Shown here: piece by piece, positions 39,186-48,454 of the stretch
Layout: the number at the start of each line of letters is the position of its first letter
Numbering within the stretch: position 1 is the first letter of the stretch
DNA from: a virus
Strand: one strand, 5' to 3'
IMG/VR virus record: IMGVR_UViG_3300020420_000012
Span: 1-64,000 of that record
Length of the DNA stretch: 64,000 nt
Notes under the pieces: generated by a model
Databases searched by the model: none
Told to the model about the DNA's origin: nothing
Seen by the model: the letters and a program-made list of their open reading frames with translations, nothing else
Program-made: the position numbers and the translations under genes

Positions 39186-39548
39186 CTAGTTTCTACGCAT
39201 TGTTGCATATTCTTTTGCATCTGCGTTCTTACTTACAGGCACCATGTTTGATTTATGCATGGTAGCAATACCTGTTATAAAAGTGCCAGTGTAAGTATTT
39301 GATTTAGACTTACCAACAATAGGACCCGTATAGTCACTTGTTGGTAGAGCTCGTGAATGCTCCTTATAATTAGGAGCTTTAATACCTGCATTCTTAGTTT
39401 TATTTTTTAACTGTGATGGATGTACACCACGCTTCATTAACCAAGCATCATGTTCTGCTTGTGCTTTTTGCCAGCCGGCTTTACGAAAAGTTTTACGCTT
39501 TTTACTATTGTTATTGTTGTAATATACTGGCATTAAGTGCATTGTCAT
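39186..39548 (-). CDS. Hypothetical basic early protein
   Basis: 'YTG..I.GIATMHKSN.VPV.....AK....MRR' motif; own promoter. Confidence 0.7.
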   Translation of the reverse strand: MTMHLMPVYYNNNNSKKRKTFRKAGWQKAQAEHDAWLMKRGVHPSQLKNKTKNAGIKAPNYKEHSRALPTSDYTGPIVGKSKSNTYTGTFITGIATMHKSNMVPVSKNADAKEYATMRRN

Positions 39549-39576
39549 AATATAATCCTTTTTTTATTATACTTAT

Positions 39577-39605
39577 ATTTTACCATAGTTTTTCGTAATT
39601 GTAAA
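39577..39605 (-). promoter_or_regulatory. Early promoter TTTACA-N17-TAAAAT
   Basis: -35 at 39600-39605, -10 at 39577-39582. Confidence 0.7.
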
Positions 39606-39765
39606 GGAAAAAAATCAAAATTATTGAAATAATTATCACAATAGAGAATCTAAACATAAATCCTACTATTGCGACAATTGTACCAACAAGAATAGCACCA
39701 GCTACTGCGAAGAAGAGGAGTTGAAAAAATAGTGGTGCCAGTTCTTGTATCTCTACAAAGGTCAT
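39580..39765 (-). CDS. Small membrane protein
   Basis: 61 aa with two hydrophobic segments; ATGA overlap with the upstream ORF. Confidence 0.55.
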   Translation of the reverse strand: MTFVEIQELAPLFFQLLFFAVAGAILVGTIVAIVGFMFRFSIVIIISIILIFFLYNYEKLW

Positions 39766-39956
39766 GTTCTATACCTTTGTATTTCATCAGGTCCAGAATT
39801 ATTTGATAATTCTGGACTTTTATTCTTTAAGAAACTAATCTCTTCATTAAGTTCTTTAATTCTCTTATACAAAGCGTACTTCTCTTTAGTTTCTTCTGCT
39901 AACTGCTTTTTTAGTAAATCTATCTTAGTGGATAGTTCCATCGGGTTCGTCATCAT
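39762..39956 (-). CDS. Small coiled-coil hypothetical protein (start probably at MMTNPM, shorter than the ORF track call)
   Basis: 'LAEE.KEKY.LYKRIKEL' coiled coil; GGAGGAG SD-like sequence just upstream. Confidence 0.55.
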   Translation of the reverse strand: MMTNPMELSTKIDLLKKQLAEETKEKYALYKRIKELNEEISFLKNKSPELSNNSGPDEIQRYRT

Positions 39957-40131
39957 CAAACTCCTCCAGCTTAAATATAAATTCCATACCGTTATCATTA
40001 TGAGCTTGATGAACCATTTCACCGAGCTGATAATCATCACCTTCAACGGTAAAAATTATTTCATTTTCATCGTTAAATTTTTTAGCGGTTGCTTTTTTGA
40101 AATCAATTATATTAGATTTTTTTCTAGACAT
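39925..40131 (-). CDS. Hypothetical acidic early protein
   Basis: AGGAG SD and early promoter upstream. Confidence 0.6.
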   Translation of the reverse strand: MSRKKSNIIDFKKATAKKFNDENEIIFTVEGDDYQLGEMVHQAHNDNGMEFIFKLEEFDDDEPDGTIH

Positions 40132-40160
40132 TAAAACTCCTAATTTTTTATTATAGTTAT

Positions 40161-40189
40161 ATTATACACTACTTTTAAGTGAATGTACA
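40161..40189 (-). promoter_or_regulatory. Early promoter TGTACA-N17-TATAAT
   Basis: -35 at 40184-40189, -10 at 40161-40166. Confidence 0.8.
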
Positions 40190-40200
40190 CAAAAAAGTGT

Positions 40201-40602
40201 TTAACCTGTTAAATGTTTTGCATGAATTCTACAACCTATAAAGTTGTTGTAGTAATCATCTCTAAACAATACATTGTGATCAAACTGAAGCTTTGCTTCA
40301 TAGTAAGACATTTCGCCTTTTGTTTTACAGAGTTTTAATATTTCACGCTTAAATCTTTCTTTTCCATGTTGTTCCACGAGTTGGCGTACTTCATTTGATG
40401 ATCCATAATAATCTTTCCAGTCTGATTCAACACGCGTTCGTACACGTCTCTTACGTGTCTTATTGACGGGAAGAACTTTAGGTTTCCAGAAGTTCTTCTT
40501 TCCAATATACTTTTTGTTGTTATGAATTTCTGTGAGTTGATATACAAACCCTTGATAGTCTTCTGGTGTTACTTCAAATAATTCATTATTATAATACCAC
40601 AT
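40201..40602 (-). CDS. GIY-YIG family endonuclease
   Basis: 'GFVY.L.....KKYIGKK', 'ESDW..Y.GSS', 'F.REIL.LC', 'Y.E...Q', 'YYN'. Confidence 0.8.
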   Translation of the reverse strand: MWYYNNELFEVTPEDYQGFVYQLTEIHNNKKYIGKKNFWKPKVLPVNKTRKRRVRTRVESDWKDYYGSSNEVRQLVEQHGKERFKREILKLCKTKGEMSYYEAKLQFDHNVLFRDDYYNNFIGCRIHAKHLTG

Positions 40603-40610
40603 AAAGTTAT

Positions 40611-41864
40611 TTATTCTTTTTTATAGACAGCACCTCGTAATGCCAATGGGCTTGTCGCTTGTAATATTGGTGTATTGATACCAACAGGCAAAGGTTTTGT
40701 TGGCTCAAATTTTGGCAACAGTGGTAATAATATTAGAAAATGAAAGAAGTAATATCCTGTTGCTAATCTACTTAACGTAACATATATTCCTTCAGCTGGC
40801 ATTGCACCGAGATATCCAAGTGCTATACAGTCAATAAACAATATCCAAAAGAATATTTTATATAAAGGTCTAAAATTTGAACTACGTATAGGCTGTCTGT
40901 CAAGCCAAGGTAAAATAAAAAGTACTACTATTGCACCAAACATTAATAGTACACCGCCTAATTTATCAGGTACCGCACGCAGTATAGCATAAAAAGGTAA
41001 AAAGTACCATTCAGGTACAATGTGTGCGGGTGTAACCATTGGATTTGCTGGTATGTAATTATCAGGATGACCCATAAAATTAGGAAAGAAAAACACTGCT
41101 GCTGCGAAAAATGTTAAGAATATACCTAGTCCAAATAAATCTTTTATAGTATAATATGGGTGAAACGGTATAGTGTCTTGTTTTCCTTTAACATCAATAC
41201 CTATAGGATTATTAGAACCAAATCTGTGTAATGCTACTAAGTGTAATATTACAGTGCCAACTATTACGAAAGGTAACACAAAGTGTAAACTAAAAAATCT
41301 ATTTAACAATGCGTTATCAACACTAAATCCTCCCCATAGCCATGTAACGAATTGTTCACCTACCAGTGGTATTGCACTAAACAAGTTTGTTATTACTGTA
41401 GCACCCCAAAAACTCATTTGACCCCACGGCAGTACATAACCCATAAATGCAGTTGCCATCATTAATAGTAATATAAAAACGCCAAGAATCCAAAGAAGTT
41501 CACGCGGTGCTTTATATGAACCATAATACAGTCCACGAAATATATGTATGTACGTAACTATAAAGAAGAAGCTAGCACCATTCATATGAATGTATCTTAT
41601 TAACCAACCGTGATTTACATCTCTCATTATTCTTTCAACTGAATCAAACGCATAGTCTACATGAGCAGTATAATGCATACTTAATACTATACCAGTTACA
41701 ATCATAATTACAAGGGATATGCCTGCTAAAGAACCAAAGTTCCAAAAATAATTTAAATTTTTTGGTGTAGGATATTCGTTAAGTTCGTGATTCATAAACG
41801 TAAATATGCCAAGCCTATGATCTATCCAATTAACTACAGGATTTTTAAATTTAGTTTTTGCCAT
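40611..41864 (-). CDS. petB: Cytochrome b subunit of the cytochrome bc1 complex
   Basis: 417 aa; 'WNFGSL', two haem-ligand His pairs ([14 protein letters not shown]; [15 protein letters not shown]), '[19 protein letters not shown]', '[16 protein letters not shown]'. Confidence 0.97.
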   Translation of the reverse strand: MAKTKFKNPVVNWIDHRLGIFTFMNHELNEYPTPKNLNYFWNFGSLAGISLVIMIVTGIVLSMHYTAHVDYAFDSVERIMRDVNHGWLIRYIHMNGASFFFIVTYIHIFRGLYYGSYKAPRELLWILGVFILLLMMATAFMGYVLPWGQMSFWGATVITNLFSAIPLVGEQFVTWLWGGFSVDNALLNRFFSLHFVLPFVIVGTVILHLVALHRFGSNNPIGIDVKGKQDTIPFHPYYTIKDLFGLGIFLTFFAAAVFFFPNFMGHPDNYIPANPMVTPAHIVPEWYFLPFYAILRAVPDKLGGVLLMFGAIVVLFILPWLDRQPIRSSNFRPLYKIFFWILFIDCIALGYLGAMPAEGIYVTLSRLATGYYFFHFLILLPLLPKFEPTKPLPVGINTPILQATSPLALRGAVYKKE

Positions 41865-42055
41865 TAAAAGTCTACGTCTATTCCATTTATACTATAAGTC
41901 TTACCGTTGAAACCTTTATCCATCTTTTCTTTATCAGTCATGTTGTCACTGTTAATTCTTTTCCAAGGATTGAACTTCTTCTGCTTCTGCTCTCCTACCA
42001 CAGATCGGGCAAAAAACAGGTTTTTGATATGATGCCACATAAGAAGTTTCATCAC
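41864..42055 (-). CDS. Hypothetical protein
   Basis: 63 aa; ATGA overlap upstream and TAATG overlap with petB. Confidence 0.55.
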   Translation of the reverse strand: MMKLLMWHHIKNLFFARSVVGEQKQKKFNPWKRINSDNMTDKEKMDKGFNGKTYSINGIDVDF

Positions 42056-42225
42056 ATTCTTCGCAATCTATCTGGTAATCTTTCAAGAATTTTCTTCTTT
42101 CTTTTTAAACTTGCTGTTGACCATTCCGCTATCTCTTGTGTCGATCTGCCACAGCCAATACAAAAATTGTCTTGTAGAGTGCAAATCTTTATACAAGGTG
42201 AAACGACTTTAGAAATCGATTTCAC
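42052..42225 (-). CDS. DUF1289-family small Cys-rich protein (likely GTG start at 42225)
   Basis: 'SPCIKIC....FCIGCGRS..EI..W' signature. Confidence 0.75.
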   Translation of the reverse strand: MKSISKVVSPCIKICTLQDNFCIGCGRSTQEIAEWSTASLKRKKKILERLPDRLRRM

Positions 42226-44422
42226 AGGCGCCACCTGCGCAGGCGGCTGCAGCGAGTGTATCAACATCGGTATACTTTCTTTCTTTAATATCTTCTTTCC
42301 AATCTACTGTCATAAGTGTCGATTGTATCTTATTCCACTTATGAAGTAGATACGCATCCTTTAAACAATGCTCAGCTAATGTTGTATCTGATTTTAAATA
42401 ATTATCAGCAAACTTTCCAAACCTTCTTATCCAATCTCTTTTAAGAGCATTTTCAGAAGTTTCTAGAGATATATCTTCACCAAACCCTTTTGCGGTTGAA
42501 CACGCATCCCATAAGTTATTAAAACATTTTAAGGCGTCCACGACCATACCTGACGCAAATACTGCTGCATCACCATATTTCTTCACCATATCTTTTGAAG
42601 TAATGACTGCCGTGTTTGGAGCTTGATTATAATCTTTATCACCACTCATAGATAAAAATGAAATACCAGCAAAAGAATCTCTGTTTTCAAAAACATATCT
42701 TTCAACATCATCCCAATTATCAACTATTATAGTATTTGAAACATTATGCCTAACGCCACTGTCTGCGCATAAATCTTCATTTGTGCCAGCTTCAACCCAA
42801 TGTTTTTGAGCTTTCTTTACAAGTTCCAAATGTTTTATACCTAGTAAGTCATCTTTATACAAAGAACCTTTTTTTGGTAGTATAGGAAAAGAAACAACAA
42901 CATCAGTGCCACCAGCAGACCATACTGAATCTTCTACCATATAAGGATTGGTCTTCATAATAGCTTGAGTTATTTCTGATTCTTTATTCATTTGTACGTT
43001 TCTTATATACATGTCAGAATGCTCAGCATGAATGCCAGATGCAGTTTGTAATAATACAGAAGCATTACCACTTGGCTTTACACACGTAGTTCTTGCTGCA
43101 GGATTGATTTTAATAATCATGGCAACTTCTCTATTTACTTCTTTAACTATCTTTGCGCCTTTTTCTAATATTTTTTCGTTAAATAAAATATCAGGATTAT
43201 TCATCCATCCAGTAATTGAAACTCCAAGTAACGCTTCTCTATCAAAGATAAGTTTTGATGTGTCAGTTAAAAACTTAAAGTCAGTGTACCCTGCTTGTAG
43301 GGTACCGAGGATAGACGCTGCTCGACATGCCTTATAAAAGTCTTCCTCGGTATTGCATTTGCCTCCGTTGATTTCAGTCAGGTTACAGCCTTGCCAACCT
43401 GACTTTTTATTAATCTGAGGATACATACCAATCTCAACACATGGATTAGTTGTATGCTCTTTTGATTCAACAAAGACGAATCCGGGTTCGCCAAATTGTT
43501 TGACAGATTCCATAATCTTGCCAAACTCTTCAGGTGTAGTCTTGTCTCTAACAATAACTGCAGAGTTGTTTGACCTACCTCTTTGCGGATTTTCCATAAA
43601 CCAATTCCCAGTTTTTGCGTTCAACATCTGTTCGTCATCTGGTGAGAATAAACATATTGTTGCAGATCTTCTTACACCACCGGATAATACAGCATCTGCT
43701 GCATGCATAGTGATATCATATGCATCAATAGGTTTGATTTCTATTGGTTCTTTGGAATCTAATACAATACCTTGTAATAAATGTTCTATCTTGTCTAAGG
43801 ACCTACGTAAACCGTTCGGTCCTGGTGCTTTAAATCCACCTGATATATAAGCACCCTTTGGTCTTATTTGTGATAAATCGAAATAAACTCTTCTTCCTTC
43901 GTATTCTGGATATTTACCTCCTCCAACAAAAAAAGAAGACATTAATATGTCTAATGCTGAAGCCCAACCTTCAATTGAATCTTCAACTATGTAACCTTTC
44001 GCTTGCTTTGTTCTATTTTGAATTTTTGGTAATTTTTTAATATGATGCTTTTGGACAGAGAAACCTGCACCAGCACCGCATAATAAAATATAAAACACTT
44101 CTCCAAAGAATGCTGGTCTGTCGACATAAGAAGACGTACAGTTATACATTCTCATTTGATGTTTCATTAATTGCTCGCCGCCAAACTGTAGAGCGCGTTG
44201 CGCACCAAGAACTCTTTGTTCTTTATAAGCTGTACGCGCCTCATCTAAGTAAGTAGCTAATTCATTATTATAGTTAATATAATTTTCGTCGTGCATGTTT
44301 ATAACACGATCGACAGCCTCATCCCAAGTTTCATATCTACCATCATCATCTTTAAATCTAGAATATCCTTCATAAAACTTAGTTTGAGACAAAAAATCTC
44401 TTGTGTCAACTTGTTGTTGCAT
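42209..44422 (-). CDS. nrdJ: Class II (adenosylcobalamin-dependent) ribonucleotide reductase
   Basis: 'YNC', 'GGVRRSA', 'NPCVEI', 'CNLTEI', 'TCVKPSG', C-terminal 'CAGGAC'; no beta-subunit gene adjacent. Confidence 0.85.
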   Translation of the reverse strand: MQQQVDTRDFLSQTKFYEGYSRFKDDDGRYETWDEAVDRVINMHDENYINYNNELATYLDEARTAYKEQRVLGAQRALQFGGEQLMKHQMRMYNCTSSYVDRPAFFGEVFYILLCGAGAGFSVQKHHIKKLPKIQNRTKQAKGYIVEDSIEGWASALDILMSSFFVGGGKYPEYEGRRVYFDLSQIRPKGAYISGGFKAPGPNGLRRSLDKIEHLLQGIVLDSKEPIEIKPIDAYDITMHAADAVLSGGVRRSATICLFSPDDEQMLNAKTGNWFMENPQRGRSNNSAVIVRDKTTPEEFGKIMESVKQFGEPGFVFVESKEHTTNPCVEIGMYPQINKKSGWQGCNLTEINGGKCNTEEDFYKACRAASILGTLQAGYTDFKFLTDTSKLIFDREALLGVSITGWMNNPDILFNEKILEKGAKIVKEVNREVAMIIKINPAARTTCVKPSGNASVLLQTASGIHAEHSDMYIRNVQMNKESEITQAIMKTNPYMVEDSVWSAGGTDVVVSFPILPKKGSLYKDDLLGIKHLELVKKAQKHWVEAGTNEDLCADSGVRHNVSNTIIVDNWDDVERYVFENRDSFAGISFLSMSGDKDYNQAPNTAVITSKDMVKKYGDAAVFASGMVVDALKCFNNLWDACSTAKGFGEDISLETSENALKRDWIRRFGKFADNYLKSDTTLAEHCLKDAYLLHKWNKIQSTLMTVDWKEDIKERKYTDVDTLAAAACAGGACEIDF

Positions 44423-44456
44423 TTTTTTCCTCTATCTAATTTTTGATTGTATAGTT

Positions 44457-44485
44457 ATTATATATTAAAAACAGGTTTTTGTAAA
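44457..44485 (-). promoter_or_regulatory. Early promoter TTTACA-N17-TATAAT for the nrdJ-petB operon
   Basis: -35 at 44480-44485, -10 at 44457-44462. Confidence 0.7.
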
Positions 44486-44489
44486 GGCA

Positions 44490-44708
44490 TTAATCATCAT
44501 TTTTTGAAAAATATTTTTCAATCATTTCAATTCTATCATGCGCTGCAGACATCTTATCGAGTTCTGCGATAACTGCCTCAGTTACATCACTGTGTTCACC
44601 TATACCAGCCGGCATAGTTTGATATACTTTTATGTTTGCTTTATGTACTTCAAGTTCTCCTTCAGCTTGTTTCTTAGCTGCAAATAATAAATGATCGCCT
44701 GCTTTCAT
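44490..44708 (-). CDS. Conserved small hypothetical protein
   Basis: 'EG....H.AN..VY...P.GIGEH.D..EA...E' pattern; GGAG SD. Confidence 0.7.
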   Translation of the reverse strand: MKAGDHLLFAAKKQAEGELEVHKANIKVYQTMPAGIGEHSDVTEAVIAELDKMSAAHDRIEMIEKYFSKNDD

Positions 44709-44709
44709 T

Positions 44710-45294
44710 TTAGTCTCCTATTTTTGCGTTCACGTCTCTATGTTTATTCCAAGCTACAAACCCACCGAGTCTTAATGCCCAGTAAGCAAGATAGTTTAAG
44801 AAATAAAAACCATTTACTTCAATATTAATGTCTCTAAATGTTTTATCCATCCATTTTTGAGTCTTAATACCTATTGTCTTTTTGTTTTTTAACAACAATG
44901 TTTCATACTTATATCCATAATCATGTATGAGACCGCCAATTAATAATACACCAACTGGTGATAAAAATTGACCTAAAAATTTTGGCACACTAGCACCATC
45001 AAATTTAAATCCTTTTGGTATTATAAAATTATTACCATTCATTGAATAATTAAAGTCTTTTACTACTTCCCAATGTCTTGAACTAAACGACCATAATAAT
45101 AATGCACCCCAAAAACCTTTTCCTTTAGTTGCAATAGGAATAGGTTTCATGTGTGGAAATTCTTTATATTTAAAATTTACTCTATTATCTATTTTCTTAT
45201 CAAATAGATTGATTATGAATCCAATAATTACTAGTATAATAAAAACTGTCATTGGCCAAAATTGAGTGGCTAGACCTAAAATTAAATCTGTCAT
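44710..45294 (-). CDS. DUF1353-family protein with N-terminal transmembrane helix
   Basis: 'IP.GF.FDGASVP', 'HDY.Y', 'D..F', 'Y..LR.GG'. Confidence 0.7.
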   Translation of the reverse strand: MTDLILGLATQFWPMTVFIILVIIGFIINLFDKKIDNRVNFKYKEFPHMKPIPIATKGKGFWGALLLWSFSSRHWEVVKDFNYSMNGNNFIIPKGFKFDGASVPKFLGQFLSPVGVLLIGGLIHDYGYKYETLLLKNKKTIGIKTQKWMDKTFRDINIEVNGFYFLNYLAYWALRLGGFVAWNKHRDVNAKIGD

Positions 45295-45530
45295 TTTTTA
45301 CTCCTCATTTGTTCTTGCATCTCTAACGCTGATTCGTTATCAATGCATGCAATTTCTACTAACTTCATATTAGGAAATTTAAGTTTAATGCCAGCTTTTA
45401 CATATTGATTATAAGTTTTAAGATATTCGACACATTCTTCTTTTGTGTTAAAAATAAAATTTTGATTTATTTTAAAACTAATTAAATCTGTATTTGGATA
45501 TGTTAAAGCTGCTATTAAAAACCAAATCAT
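45291..45530 (-). CDS. Hypothetical protein
   Basis: 79 aa with hydrophobic N-terminus and two Cys; coupled overlaps. Confidence 0.55.
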   Translation of the reverse strand: MIWFLIAALTYPNTDLISFKINQNFIFNTKEECVEYLKTYNQYVKAGIKLKFPNMKLVEIACIDNESALEMQEQMRSKK

Positions 45531-45679
45531 TGCTTTTCCTTTTTAATTAACCATTTTATACCATTATTATTATGTGTTACGACTTCTTCTATAACTTCAA
45601 GTTTGTTTTCAATTTTATTAACTTTTATCTCATCCCATAACATGTTGGCAATTAATGATGCCACAATTGATTCAAACAT
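45527..45679 (-). CDS. Small hypothetical protein (50 aa, below the track cutoff)
   Basis: Manual translation MFESIVASLIANMLWDEIKV...KEKQ*; TAATG and ATGA overlaps at the two ends. Confidence 0.55.
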   Translation of the reverse strand: MFESIVASLIANMLWDEIKVNKIENKLEVIEEVVTHNNNGIKWLIKKEKQ

Positions 45680-46038
45680 TATTTATTCTCTTTTGGTTTT
45701 ACTGCTTGTTCATAGTAAAATATAACTTCTTTTTGTTGTTCTATATATCTCTTTATTTCTTCAAAGTTAAGTGCTAAATTTTTAAAAGATGCTGGATCTA
45801 ATCCATATATTACAAACTCACCCATACCGGCTTTTACCTTTTTAATAACTTCAGGTAGGTTTTTTTCAGTTATTACAATAATTTTTGCTTCTAACATTTT
45901 AACTGCTTTTGGCCTTTGAGCAATTGCAATGGTTGGTGTTATTACTTTCTCAACAGTAACAATTTCTTTTTCTGGTTTCCAACTACAACTACTTAGTAGC
46001 AGTGTTGATACCATTAAACATGTTAACAACTTCTTCAT
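45679..46038 (-). CDS. Outer-membrane lipoprotein spanin (o-spanin, Rz1-like)
   Basis: Signal peptide with lipobox LLSS-C; overlaps the end of the i-spanin gene. Confidence 0.7.
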   Translation of the reverse strand: MKKLLTCLMVSTLLLSSCSWKPEKEIVTVEKVITPTIAIAQRPKAVKMLEAKIIVITEKNLPEVIKKVKAGMGEFVIYGLDPASFKNLALNFEEIKRYIEQQKEVIFYYEQAVKPKENK

Positions 46039-46363
46039 TTATTTTCTTTTCTGATGCTATTGGATCTGCAATACTATTTTTTATTATATCAGTTTTTGCA
46101 AGTATATTTGCAATCTTTTTATTATTTTCTTCAGCAATAGTTAACTTGTTATTTAAGTCTTTAGTTAACTTAATTTGATTTTCCATATTTTCTTTGAGAG
46201 CTTTAATTGTCGAATCTTTTGCTTTGACTGCAACTTCAAGTTTTGCATTATTATCTCTTAATACAGACATTCGTTGCATAGTATCATTATATATGTAATA
46301 TGCACCATATCCTATACCGCCTAAAATAATTAGAATAAAAATTAAAATATAGAGCCTAGCCAT
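45989..46363 (-). CDS. Inner-membrane spanin (i-spanin, Rz-like)
   Basis: N-terminal TM helix followed by a long coiled coil. Confidence 0.7.
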   Translation of the reverse strand: MARLYILIFILIILGGIGYGAYYIYNDTMQRMSVLRDNNAKLEVAVKAKDSTIKALKENMENQIKLTKDLNNKLTIAEENNKKIANILAKTDIIKNSIADPIASEKKINEEVVNMFNGINTATK

Positions 46364-47159
46364 AATTATCTTCTATGTATTTTCTAAATCTTTTTAGTAA
46401 TACTGGAAACTTATCTTTCTTTCTACGTTTATCATGCATAGTAGTAGTTTTTAATCTTGGCCCCATTGCTGTCGTGGCAGGATTTGGTATTGATGCTGTG
46501 TTTGTTGATGGCACATCTTCACTTCTTTGTGCTGATTTTAATGCATCTGCGGTAGGCGCACCTTTTTCACCTTTCTTACGCATACGTTCACCACGTTTAC
46601 GTTTCATATGAATATTGTGCCATAGTCCTTTTGATTTTTCTTCTAATGATTCTTTTTGCATAGCTTTTGTTTTCTTCTTCATTTTGTTTATAAAAGCTCT
46701 ATATACTGCAGCTGGACCAGGTTTGCCCATAACTCTCGCTCTTTGTTCCATTGCAATTGCTGCTTGTATCTGGTGAGCATGTTTTTTACCAGAATTTTTA
46801 ATTTTAGATACTGATGCTTTTGCATCATCTACTGTTGCAAACTTCAAACCGTGAATCGTACCTTTTGGATTCTCATCTGTATATAAGTCACTGTGTTTAT
46901 CTGAATTAGCTGGCTGTCCTTTTTTTCTTGGTATTCTTTTTGTAGCTTCAAACATATCTGTACTTGGACTCTTACCAGATTGTTTAACTACTTTTAAATC
47001 ATCTCCTACCAGTGGTGAATATTTTTCTGCAGCTTTCTTTGCACGTGCTTCTGAACTGTGCATACTAAAGGTATACCTTGACTTTGGAGCGTTAGGGTTA
47101 ACTACGACATGAGTGTAAGCTTTGATCTTACTGCCTTTTTGTCTACCTGCATATCTCAC
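46356..47159 (-). CDS. Basic modular hypothetical protein (putative internal head protein)
   Basis: Lys/Arg-rich modules such as 'HSDLYTDENPKGTIHGL.F' and 'GLW.NIH.KR.RGE.MRK.G.KGAP', separated by Glu sites. Confidence 0.6.
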   Translation of the reverse strand: MRYAGRQKGSKIKAYTHVVVNPNAPKSRYTFSMHSSEARAKKAAEKYSPLVGDDLKVVKQSGKSPSTDMFEATKRIPRKKGQPANSDKHSDLYTDENPKGTIHGLKFATVDDAKASVSKIKNSGKKHAHQIQAAIAMEQRARVMGKPGPAAVYRAFINKMKKKTKAMQKESLEEKSKGLWHNIHMKRKRGERMRKKGEKGAPTADALKSAQRSEDVPSTNTASIPNPATTAMGPRLKTTTMHDKRRKKDKFPVLLKRFRKYIEDNYG

Positions 47160-47743
47160 TTAACTAACTCGCTTGCTGTTACAAATATTTTCTTGTCAGT
47201 ATTAATGTGTGTTATTTCGTATATGTCAACGCCAAACAAGTCACCTACTGGAAAGCAGTGATCTTCAACAAGTACTTGGTCTTTAGCCCAAACCATTTCA
47301 TCACAACTTATATTTAAAAGTTTTGGATTTATTACTTTATATCTACCGGGTGTTAGTTGTTTGTTATTTAATAAAAACCATTCATTTTTTTCATTTAAAA
47401 AATCTAATACTTCGATATTACATTTTTCGCAAATATCTTTTATTCCTTTTTCGCTAATTCCAAATTTTTCTTTGATAAGATAGAGCGCTGACGCAAAAGA
47501 TCCGAGTTTGCTTCCACCTCCTGGAACTTTTGCAATGAGCCTTTTAATGTTAGCGGCAAGACGAACAAAAGGAGTATAAGCAGACTTCTTTTCATCGGTG
47601 TCAATTTTCACGTTCCTATTTCTCTTTCCGTTTTCATCGATAATACCTTCTTTATAGGCATCCCAATCTTTCCAATCCATAACCATCATTCTTATGAACC
47701 GAAATGCATAAGTTAAATCTACTGCTCTTTTAACTAATCCCAT
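47156..47743 (-). CDS. Conserved hypothetical protein of T4-like phages
   Basis: 'D..Y.FRF......W..W.AYK.GIID..G', 'YT.F.RL..N.KR', 'A.AL.LIKE'. Confidence 0.7.
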   Translation of the reverse strand: MGLVKRAVDLTYAFRFIRMMVMDWKDWDAYKEGIIDENGKRNRNVKIDTDEKKSAYTPFVRLAANIKRLIAKVPGGGSKLGSFASALYLIKEKFGISEKGIKDICEKCNIEVLDFLNEKNEWFLLNNKQLTPGRYKVINPKLLNISCDEMVWAKDQVLVEDHCFPVGDLFGVDIYEITHINTDKKIFVTASELVK

Positions 47744-48104
47744 TTAATTTCCTTAACTTATTTACGACTGTTGGATCCATTGTAATTCCAGTATATTGAT
47801 CATTTTTAATATATCTTAAAAACACTAAAAAAGGTTTTACAACTGGCCAATGTTTATCCTCAAGTTTGAGATCAAGTATATTTAAAGCAGCCTTTATACC
47901 AAACATATTAAAAACTACAATAAAATGATTAAGTAATAACCTGTCTGCCAAATCATCAGTTTCAAGGTATCTATTCAAGAGTCTTTTAATATATTTAAAT
48001 CTTTTTAAATCTTCATAAAACTCTTCGATATCAGAGTAAGTCGGATTTTTATAATTTTGAGCCGCGTAAAGAAGTAAATTTTTCTCATTAAGTTTTCTTA
48101 ACAT
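47730..48104 (-). CDS. Conserved hypothetical protein of T4-like phages
   Basis: 'L...N..LYA...Y.NP.....EF..DL.RFKYIKRL..RY....L..RL.LNH.I...N.FG'. Confidence 0.75.
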   Translation of the reverse strand: MLRKLNEKNLLLYAAQNYKNPTYSDIEEFYEDLKRFKYIKRLLNRYLETDDLADRLLLNHFIVVFNMFGIKAALNILDLKLEDKHWPVVKPFLVFLRYIKNDQYTGITMDPTVVNKLRKLNGIS

Positions 48105-48122
48105 AAAATTATATATTAAGAA

Positions 48123-48452
48123 TTAAATTACTTCTTTCAACTCCTCAATCAAATCAGCCTTATTTTTTCTTCTATCAAGTTCAATACCGTGTTCTCTGCC
48201 AAGAGCTTCAAGTTCAATCTTTGTCATACCTTCAAGATCATCATCATCCATTAGTTCAGCTTCAGCTTCCTCTGCAGTTGTCGGTGACTCTTTTAGTACC
48301 TTAACTTCTGCCTTGGTTTCAACGTTTAAGTACTCATCAATCTGTGTTTGTGATATTGGTCTTGATACTAACAATTCATTAGTTCTTGGATCTCTCCAAC
48401 CTTGAGGTGTAGGTATCGCATCTTTTTTAAAATTTGGTGGTGTTATTGCCAT
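48123..48452 (-). CDS. Protein with C-terminal HeH/SAP/Rho-N-like domain
   Basis: 'L..MTK.ELE.LGREHGIELDRR..K..LI..L'. Confidence 0.6.
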   Translation of the reverse strand: MAITPPNFKKDAIPTPQGWRDPRTNELLVSRPISQTQIDEYLNVETKAEVKVLKESPTTAEEAEAELMDDDDLEGMTKIELEALGREHGIELDRRKNKADLIEELKEVI

Positions 48453-48454
48453 AA

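Noticed and set aside
40611-41864. petB as host contamination or a prophage boundary
   Set aside because: It is flanked on both sides by phage genes with tight or overlapping junctions, lacks petA/petC neighbours and has similar base composition. Read-level confirmation is still advisable.
42209-44422. Intein or intron in nrdJ, or the GIY-YIG gene as an intron-encoded homing endonuclease
   Set aside because: nrdJ is uninterrupted and of ordinary length with no splicing motifs; the GIY-YIG ORF is short, free-standing and interrupts no gene.
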